Source of the DNA: Acidimicrobiia bacterium
GTDB lineage: Bacteria > Actinomycetota > Acidimicrobiia > Spongiisociales > ZC4RG35
DNA length: 64,000 bases
Reading direction: 5' to 3'
Assembly (NCBI GenBank): GCA_965203555.1
Contig: CBDBCY010000004.1
Span: forward strand, 1,728,001-1,792,000
The position numbers and the translations under genes are program-made. Numbering within the stretch: position 1 is the first letter of the stretch; each line of letters opens with the position of its first letter. Shown piece after piece: positions 57,261 through 64,000 of this stretch. Under the pieces are notes generated by a model that saw only the letters and a list, made by a program, of their open reading frames with translations, was not told the origin of the DNA and ran no database searches.

Positions 57261-60200
57261 GTTGGACCCATAGATTGGGAGCTTCACCCGTGGATTCTTC
57301 ATCGATGGTCATCGAGGGCAGTAGCCGCTCGCCCAATAGTGCGAGAAGGGCGTCTTGTGCCCGCTGTGGGGTACCGGTGACATCGGTTATTTGCTGAATG
57401 AACTTGTCAAGGGCAGAATTGAGTTTGTCACGTTCGTCGTGGTCTACGCTAACGAGGCGGGCATCCTCTCTGCCGTCGGGGCGGGTGAACGTTACCCGGA
57501 ACGCCTCGAACGGACCTCCCCCATCGGCTCGGTGTTGCGCGTGAAGTGCGACCAGGCGGCGAAAGGATGCGACCTGTTGCGGAAGTTCATGCTCGAATCG
57601 ACGTAGGTCTTCATCTCGCCACTCGGCCGGTGCCTTTTGCAAAACAACGGTGGCAACTGCCTTGATCCAATCGGTGTCGGACTCGATGTGGGTGTTAGCG
57701 AGCCTGAGGACGAAGGCGCGGACATTGGGATCCAGCACTTCTCCCGAAAGAGCCTTTGCCTGTCCGGCGATCGCACTACGGGTTTTCTCAGCGGCAATGG
57801 TGAGCAGCGACTGGAGCAGACGATCCAAGAGATTGGAGTAGGCGGACTCCAGTTCCTTGATCACTTCGACCACGGCTTGGGCGTAGTCATGTGCGTCGCG
57901 GTAGGTGTCAGCGTCGGCTGGAACGGGCGTGAATCCAAGGGCTTCGGGAAGCTTGGTGAACAGCAGATCGTCAGGTTCTACTGCAACTAGCAAGGCGTCC
58001 CTGGCTGCACGGGCTGGCGAGGTGAGGTTGTCGGTTCTGCGAGTGTAGTTGTCGAGTTGTCTGACCCTAGCAAGTAGGTGTCCAACGACAGCGAGCACGT
58101 TCGACACTCGATGTTTGCGGAATCTAGGTTTGATGTGAAGGTGTGTCGCGAAAGCGCCGATGGCGTGTCGGCGTGCCCCTGTTGTGTTAGCGAAGTGCTT
58201 GATCTCGAAATGTGCTGGGTTGCGAACCATTCGCTGCGACAGTTCGGATGTGAGCAGTGGTTTGAAGGTGCCGTGCTCGTAGATTGCGATCTTGTCAGCG
58301 TCAACTAGGAGACCGGTAGTGACAAAGACAGGCAGAACTGCAGCTTTCATTCCTACCGGAGGTGAGAGAAGAACTTTGTATACATCCCGAAGGTTGATGC
58401 GACGCGTTTTTGCCCGTGTGAATTCAGTCATGAGCACATCCCAAGCTGGGCGTACCGGTGACTTGTGGCTAGGACTCCGGAAGGTCATGGTCTGGTTCCG
58501 AGTGTCGAGACCGTGAAGCTCGGTGTATTTCAGGAATGCTCTGTACATGGCCATTTCGGGTCCGTATCCCGACAGGCCAAGATTGGTTTTTTCTCCATGA
58601 TTGATCATTGCTTCGAGGAGGACACGGCGTGCCTTGGCTCCCTGGGACGTTAGAGAAGTTCTGTTGAGCATTTCGTTGCGGACTTCTGGAGTCCCTGGAT
58701 AGGCCTTGTCGGCGGCCTGTGAGAGTGCCGCAGAACCGCGGCCCCCGAACAATTCGGCGCTCCGCTGATCACCCAACAAAAGTAGCCACCGAGAAGTGTT
58801 CGGAGCGAAGGTGTCCGCAAGTGCTGCGTCGAGCATGGCCCGGGATTGCGCCAACCTCTCCCCCAGTTCTTGACGGGCTACCCAATCGCCAGCGACCATC
58901 GGATCCTGTAATGCCATGTTTACAGCGGCAACTTCTTTTGCCGCGCTCGCAAGAGCTGATAGGTGTGAAGGGACCACGGTCACAACCGGTTTGGCCAGAT
59001 GTCCGTCGGCGTGCGCCAAAGTGGGTAACTCCGATTGTTTGTCCACAATGAGGAGAACCTCCCCGTCGTAATCGGAGAAGGCATCCGGTGGTTCTACAAC
59101 ATCGGCACCGGACGCGTACCGGCGTTTGAAGACCCGCAACGTCTGTTTCTCGGCGCTGTGCCTTGCCGCCACTACAGGTGAAGGTTCACCTATCTCGGAG
59201 AGGATCTCCACGAGGGTGGAGCGCCCTGTGATGTGGCGAGAAAGGTTAAGGATGCGCCCTATGTCCACATCGGTTCCCTGCCAAATCCGATACTCGTCTG
59301 CGAAGTCCCTATACGTGACGATGCCTCTAGCTTCAAGTTCGTCCAGTGTCACGCCCACATTGTTGTAACTGACTTCAAGGACCTGGCGTGATGCCCTGAT
59401 CGTCCCAGATGAAGAGACTAAGTTGAGCAACGCTATCCCTTTGAGTAGCCGCTCCTGCGCTGGAGTGAGTCCGTGGGAATCCCGGATCCGCACTGAAATC
59501 TCGGTCCAGCGACTTGACTGCTGTTCGACGATGCCATTCGACACGAAGTAGTCGTAGACGGTTTCAAGCCCAATTGAAGGCAGGTGTTCATGAGGGTCGA
59601 CCCTGCGGGAAGCCAAAGAAGACAACACACTCGACCGATCCGGACCGGCTAAGAAAGAGAAGAGCGTCCTTTCGTGCTGCCCGAAACGGTTGCACAGTTC
59701 AGGAACAACCAAAGCAGCGATGGGATGCAGTGGATAACAGGAAGCAATCCCTTCGGGCGTTGCGAGGTCTCTGACACCCAGCGGCTTCATGTCCTTTGCA
59801 AGCATTTCAGACCATCGGTGGATCCGGTTCCTTAATTCCGCGTCGTTGATCGTGAAGACAGTCCGGATGAGAGCGCGTGTCTGAGCTGGCGACTCAACAT
59901 AAGCGATGTCTTCGAAACGACCCTGAACCTTAGCCCATTCCCGACGCTGCGTTACGTTGGTGCCCCCTAGGTAGTCCTCAAAGGAGAGATGCTGAAGGGT
60001 CAACAAGAAGATAGGAAGGCCCCCCTGGCTTTGGCCGGCTTCTGCTAACTGTTGAAGCAGATAGGGATCCGAGTCGCCATCGTCGCGGAAAGCCTCAAGG
60101 CTCTTACCGAACTCGTCAACAATCAGCATCAGTGGGGCTTCCCGTGCCAAGCATTTTGCTACTTCGACAAGGGCGCCCGGTGAAGGACCGGACCGGCGGG

Positions 60201-60729
60201 GATCAGACGTACTGGCGTCTTCGAGGGCACCCCTTAGAGTGGGGGCCGCTGCAAAGATACGCCTTGAAGGAATCGAGCCATACCTCTGAATTACAGCCGC
60301 TTTTAGCGCCCGGAGGATGGTGTGACCTATCAGCTCCCTTTCGGCAGTTACCAACCCACTCTGGAAACCTTCCCCTTCGGCTCCATGACGCCCGCGCGCT
60401 TCCCGAATTAGCCTGCTTACTGGTTCGGATGTCACCTTGATCAGTTGCAATGCGGCGTCATGAGTTTGGGGATGGTCCCCGAATGCCGCATCAATTAGCA
60501 ATGCGAGTGAGGACTTCCCTGATCCGTACGGCCCCGTGAGCGACCACGCCCCACCGGCTGGCCCGTCAACTGCCGTGCGAGCTATCCGTTCAAGAACATC
60601 AAGCGCACGCGCGGTGACCACATACCCATCAAGTGGCTCCGTTCGTGCTTTATCGCGTTCCAGATTCGCAGATCGGGCAAACCGGCCTGCGACCGAGATC
60701 CTGTCCGCCAGAGTCACCATCGCTATCAA
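57253..60729 (-). CDS. sspC: large P-loop ATPase (SspC)
   Basis: FARSANLERD, TGPYGSGKSS, IVDEFGK.LE, EWAKVQGRF, YPLHP, QHERTLFSFL. Confidence 0.85.
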   Translation of the reverse strand: MIAMVTLADRISVAGRFARSANLERDKARTEPLDGYVVTARALDVLERIARTAVDGPAGGAWSLTGPYGSGKSSLALLIDAAFGDHPQTHDAALQLIKVTSEPVSRLIREARGRHGAEGEGFQSGLVTAERELIGHTILRALKAAVIQRYGSIPSRRIFAAAPTLRGALEDASTSDPRRSGPSPGALVEVAKCLAREAPLMLIVDEFGKSLEAFRDDGDSDPYLLQQLAEAGQSQGGLPIFLLTLQHLSFEDYLGGTNVTQRREWAKVQGRFEDIAYVESPAQTRALIRTVFTINDAELRNRIHRWSEMLAKDMKPLGVRDLATPEGIASCYPLHPIAALVVPELCNRFGQHERTLFSFLAGPDRSSVLSSLASRRVDPHEHLPSIGLETVYDYFVSNGIVEQQSSRWTEISVRIRDSHGLTPAQERLLKGIALLNLVSSSGTIRASRQVLEVSYNNVGVTLDELEARGIVTYRDFADEYRIWQGTDVDIGRILNLSRHITGRSTLVEILSEIGEPSPVVAARHSAEKQTLRVFKRRYASGADVVEPPDAFSDYDGEVLLIVDKQSELPTLAHADGHLAKPVVTVVPSHLSALASAAKEVAAVNMALQDPMVAGDWVARQELGERLAQSRAMLDAALADTFAPNTSRWLLLLGDQRSAELFGGRGSAALSQAADKAYPGTPEVRNEMLNRTSLTSQGAKARRVLLEAMINHGEKTNLGLSGYGPEMAMYRAFLKYTELHGLDTRNQTMTFRSPSHKSPVRPAWDVLMTEFTRAKTRRINLRDVYKVLLSPPVGMKAAVLPVFVTTGLLVDADKIAIYEHGTFKPLLTSELSQRMVRNPAHFEIKHFANTTGARRHAIGAFATHLHIKPRFRKHRVSNVLAVVGHLLARVRQLDNYTRRTDNLTSPARAARDALLVAVEPDDLLFTKLPEALGFTPVPADADTYRDAHDYAQAVVEVIKELESAYSNLLDRLLQSLLTIAAEKTRSAIAGQAKALSGEVLDPNVRAFVLRLANTHIESDTDWIKAVATVVLQKAPAEWRDEDLRRFEHELPQQVASFRRLVALHAQHRADGGGPFEAFRVTFTRPDGREDARLVSVDHDERDKLNSALDKFIQQITDVTGTPQRAQDALLALLGERLLPSMTIDEESTGEAPNLWVQHG

Positions 60730-61814
60730 GCCACAGCCACGCCAGAAGCAAGATGCAACTGCCGCTCTGCGTCGCTAGGGTTGCGGCCGAGCCCGATAGC
60801 TTCTATGACCTCATCGTTCACCGGCAGATCCCCTCTCTCGTGGTCGACAAACAAACAGCCGGGGTCACCCTGCGGCATCTTTGTCGGGGACCCTCCGTAG
60901 TAACCATTCAGGACTCTGACCGCAACGACCCCGGGTGTCTCGCGCCAAGCTAACTGCAATCCCCCCGTTGGAGTGACAAGGTCAAGATCCTCTACCTGTT
61001 GGAGAGAAGGCTCAAGCGCTTCCGAGAGTTCGGACTCGCTTAGCTTAAAGATGCGTCCCGGTGCACCGGGCTCGTGCGCTAGTCGGCTCAGGTTGACTGT
61101 GCTGCCAGAAATGCCGGTCCGAGCCACGAAGTCAAGTGCCGCATAGGTGACAACTTCCGACGGCAGGGTGGGTTTCGGACCCAGAGTGAACCTAAACCGG
61201 CCCGTGGCCGGAGAACGGTCGATAAGGCGCAATTCGCGCATCGGACAATCAAGAATCTCATCGATGCTGCGGCGAACCGACCGTGCTGGTGGTCCGTAAG
61301 TCCGCAGCAATGCCCTAACATCCTTCTGCCGCGAGGTAGAGTGCGGGTTCCCCCAGGATGAGACAGCTTCAAGGTAGGTTTCAATAGCCAAATCTAGATC
61401 TCTGTCCTCAAACTCAATCGGCTGAAACTCGTTAAAGGCCAACCACCATATCGGAAGTCTCGATCCCGGAGCCAATAGGAGCCAGTGCAACAACCACAGA
61501 GTCCCGGGATCCTCCATGTAGGGATCCCATCCTCCCTCCCCAAACAAGGAGTATCCGATGCGAGTAGGAATTAGTCCAGGCGAGCGCCGATTCGGTGCCT
61601 TTTCGTCCTCCACCAACAGCCTTGCAGCCAACCCCCAGAAGCGGATGGATCGTGCCATGTTCTTGCCTACTCCGATTACGACTGGAGCATCATTCCGGCT
61701 GAAGACATAAGGGTCCCTGGCCGCAAACCGGTACGCCTTGCGGAACCATCCGTAGCGAGGATGAAAAGTCTCGTGACGCGCGAAGACCGCTTTTGCCGCG
61801 TCAACCAACCGCAT
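60726..61814 (-). CDS. sspB: DUF4007 protein (SspB nickase)
   Basis: FARHETFHPRYGW..K, GVGKNM..SIRFW, DPYMEDPGTLWLLHW, CPMREL.L. Confidence 0.88.
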   Translation of the reverse strand: MRLVDAAKAVFARHETFHPRYGWFRKAYRFAARDPYVFSRNDAPVVIGVGKNMARSIRFWGLAARLLVEDEKAPNRRSPGLIPTRIGYSLFGEGGWDPYMEDPGTLWLLHWLLLAPGSRLPIWWLAFNEFQPIEFEDRDLDLAIETYLEAVSSWGNPHSTSRQKDVRALLRTYGPPARSVRRSIDEILDCPMRELRLIDRSPATGRFRFTLGPKPTLPSEVVTYAALDFVARTGISGSTVNLSRLAHEPGAPGRIFKLSESELSEALEPSLQQVEDLDLVTPTGGLQLAWRETPGVVAVRVLNGYYGGSPTKMPQGDPGCLFVDHERGDLPVNDEVIEAIGLGRNPSDAERQLHLASGVAVA

Positions 61815-62976
61815 GTAATTCCTTTCCATACTGCATTGCACGAATATATGACACGGCTGTGACAGACTTCTCCACCGCTATGTCGATGTCCTTGGAGGTT
61901 GTAAAACGCCCTAGGCTAAACCTGATTGACTCGAATGCGGCCTCCCGACTGAGCCCCATAGCCAACAGGACCTGCGAAGGCTCAATCGAACCGGAGCTAC
62001 AGGCACTACCGGCCGACACCGCCACTGGGTCCATGTTCACAAGGACAGCATCGGCGTCGACGCCTGCGAAACGTAGGTTTGTCGTATTCGGCAAGCGTCG
62101 ACTCAAATTTCCATTCTCGTAAACATCGGGAATGCTCCCCTTCAGTTCCCTGACAAGACGGTCTCGAAGCGTGGCTACCCGTCTGCCTTCCTCCTCACAC
62201 TCCTCCGACGCGATTAGAGCCGCCGCTCCGAACCCCACAGCACCAGCAACGTTCAATGAACCAGACCTCAATCCTCTCTCATGCCCACCGCCGTGAATGA
62301 GAGGTCTCAACCGCGCCAACCCACTGCGGGTCCCAACAAGGGCACCCACTCCACCTGGACCACAGATCTTGTGTCCGCTGAGAGAGACCAGATCAGCCCC
62401 CATCGTCTCCATATCGAAGTCCAGCCGCCCAACCATTTGGGTGATATCGCAGTGGAACAGAGCACCGGCCGCGTGGACCCGCTCGGAAATCTCGGCCACC
62501 GGGTTCAACACCCCCGTCTCGCTGTTAGCCGCCATGACGGACACCAAGAGCACATCCGGGCACACCATTGCCGCCACAACATCTGGATCCACAAGCCCAC
62601 CGGATGTAACTGGAATCACCTCTACCTTCGCAAGACCCTGTGCTGCCATCCAACGTGCAGGCGCTAGAACCGACTCATGCTCAACTGCAGACACCAGCAC
62701 CCGTGACCGGCTGGCCCTGTCCCCTTCAACTATCCCTCTCAGAGCCAGGTTGTTAGCCTCGGTCGCCCCAGCGGTGAACACCACCCTGCCTGGTCTGCCA
62801 CCTACCAGCCCAGCAACCTGTTCGCGTGCTTGGCTAACCGCCGCAGCTTGTCGACGTCCAAAGCCATGCACCGAGGAGGCATTACCAATACCCTTCGCCA
62901 AGATTGACGACATCTCTTCAAGAACTCGGGGGTCAAGTGGACCAGACCCGTTGTAATCCAGGTAAACACCGTTCAA
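61801..62976 (-). CDS. sspA: IscS-like cysteine desulfurase (SspA)
   Basis: YLDYN, GNASS.H, GATEANN, SGHK.CGP.G.G, RSGS.N, SAGSACSSG; overlaps sspB. Confidence 0.92.
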   Translation of the reverse strand: MNGVYLDYNGSGPLDPRVLEEMSSILAKGIGNASSVHGFGRRQAAAVSQAREQVAGLVGGRPGRVVFTAGATEANNLALRGIVEGDRASRSRVLVSAVEHESVLAPARWMAAQGLAKVEVIPVTSGGLVDPDVVAAMVCPDVLLVSVMAANSETGVLNPVAEISERVHAAGALFHCDITQMVGRLDFDMETMGADLVSLSGHKICGPGGVGALVGTRSGLARLRPLIHGGGHERGLRSGSLNVAGAVGFGAAALIASEECEEEGRRVATLRDRLVRELKGSIPDVYENGNLSRRLPNTTNLRFAGVDADAVLVNMDPVAVSAGSACSSGSIEPSQVLLAMGLSREAAFESIRFSLGRFTTSKDIDIAVEKSVTAVSYIRAMQYGKELHAVG

Positions 62977-63199
62977 GAGGGTCCTCCGTCCAGTGCAGGG
63001 AGAATAGTTTCAGGTGGAAAAACTATCGCATGCATCCCGGTTTTGGTTGAGCACCTCCTGCGTTTTCACTCCATCCTACCTACTGATAGAGTGCTGGTTG
63101 AGCATTCAAACTGCGTATTCCAGTCGACCGAGAGATGGTCTGGGCTGGTGCCAATCACCGGTCGGTGTCGGGAGCCCATCCTCATTACTGAACCGCCCT

Positions 63200-63815
63200 G
63201 GGATGCTCCTATGATGCTCCTATTTTTTACAAATCGGTGTTTGGGTTGTGGGTGGCTGGTGTTGGGTGGTTGGTGAGCCAGTGGTTGTAGCGGGTGGCGA
63301 GCTGGTGATTATGGTATTGGTTTCGTTCGAGTCGTGATAGGAGGGTGGGGTGGGTTTGGAGTTGTTGGGCGGGTGTTGGCGATCACTGAAATTCCCACCT
63401 CCTGGGAGCAAATACCCGTTGTCGGGTAGGGCTCTCTCCAAGCTAGGCGATTGCGATATGTCCTAGCTGTGGAGAGGAGGCCTGGACGGGACTGGTGCCG
63501 CATAACGCGGCGAAGGACGCTTCCGAGCGCATGCGGTGGGGGTTGTCACCGGCGGCTATATCAGCAGCGCCGAAGCGGTGTCAGGACCGACTCCTGGAGC
63601 GGCCAACAGTGCCGAGTTGGCTTGGAGGCAGAGACGGTTGATCTGGGTGTCCAGTTCGTCGATCTCTGCGGTGAGCAACTGATAGCGGCGGGCCAGGGAA
63701 CGTAGCGCTTGCTTGGCGTATCTGATGGTGGTGTCATCGGTGCGGGGACGAAACCGGGCGCAAACTTGGACACGGTCTTTGGCCGACAGGCCTCCGAGTT
63801 GGTGTTTGACCTGGC
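63200..63815 (-). mobile_element. IS110-family transposase remnant
   Basis: ALRSLARRYQLL..EI..LD...LLAAPGVGPDTA..LLI/AAGDNP.R.RSEASFAALCG.SPV.ASS (frameshifted); duplicated ATAGGAGCATC at the 3' end, near 63202-63223. Confidence 0.75.
63374..63396. mobile_element. possible IS21-family terminal inverted repeat remnant
   Basis: TGTTGGCGATCACTGAAATTCCC resembles actinobacterial IS21 ends and interrupts the IS110 remnant. Confidence 0.45.
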
Positions 63816-63818
63816 TGG

Positions 63819-64000
63819 TCAGTAAGTGTCGGAATGTCGCCTGGCCTTGAACTTGGCTCGTTCGGCGTCGCGGAGCCAGCGCTTCATGACTTTGCCGGAG
63901 TCGTTGCGGACCAGGGCATCGGCTATTTCGAAGTGTTTGGGGACCTTGAATTTGGCGAGATTGGCGCGGCAGTGGGCGGTCAGTTCTTCTTCGGTGACGG
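63819..64000 (-). CDS. C-terminus of an AMP-binding acyl-CoA ligase (partial, runs off window end)
   Basis: manual translation VTEEELTAHCRANLAKFKVPKHFEIADALVRNDSGKVMKRWLR. Confidence 0.85.
   Translation of the reverse strand, partial: VTEEELTAHCRANLAKFKVPKHFEIADALVRNDSGKVMKRWLRDAERAKFKARRHSDTY

Noticed and set aside
56412-62976. BREX type 4 interpretation (DUF4007, PAPS reductase, large ATPase)
   Set aside because: No PglZ or BrxL in the window; the desulfurase and an SspE-like gene fit Ssp better.

Overview
High-GC bacterial DNA, probably actinobacterial (Acidimicrobiia-like is a guess from gene content, not proven). It has two parts. (1) About 1-41 kb is accessory catabolism: an hmgA aromatic cluster, amide/cyclic-amide hydrolases, two non-canonical M24-fold paralogs, a complete corrinoid-dependent methyl-transfer operon and flavin monooxygenases. 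Five toxin-antitoxin loci and many gene remnants are interspersed. (2) About 41-63 kb is a defence island, visibly more AT-rich from about 46 kb: a macrodomain fusion, McrBC, Fic, a decayed HNH nuclease and a 14 kb DNA phosphorothioation locus. The main find is the locus order sspA-sspB-sspC-sspD-[pbeA-pbeB-pbeC-pbeD-like]-sspE. A Pbe-type effector module, characterised with Dnd-type modification in haloarchaea, sits here inside an Ssp single-strand phosphorothioation operon with no dnd genes in the window. Also notable is a secreted His/Asp-rich orphan protein under a near-consensus Fur-family box overlapping its -10 element. Three single-base frameshifts in short homopolymers look like sequencing errors. 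I saw no rRNA, tRNA, CRISPR array or integrase. Family assignments come from motif recognition by eye, not from database searches.
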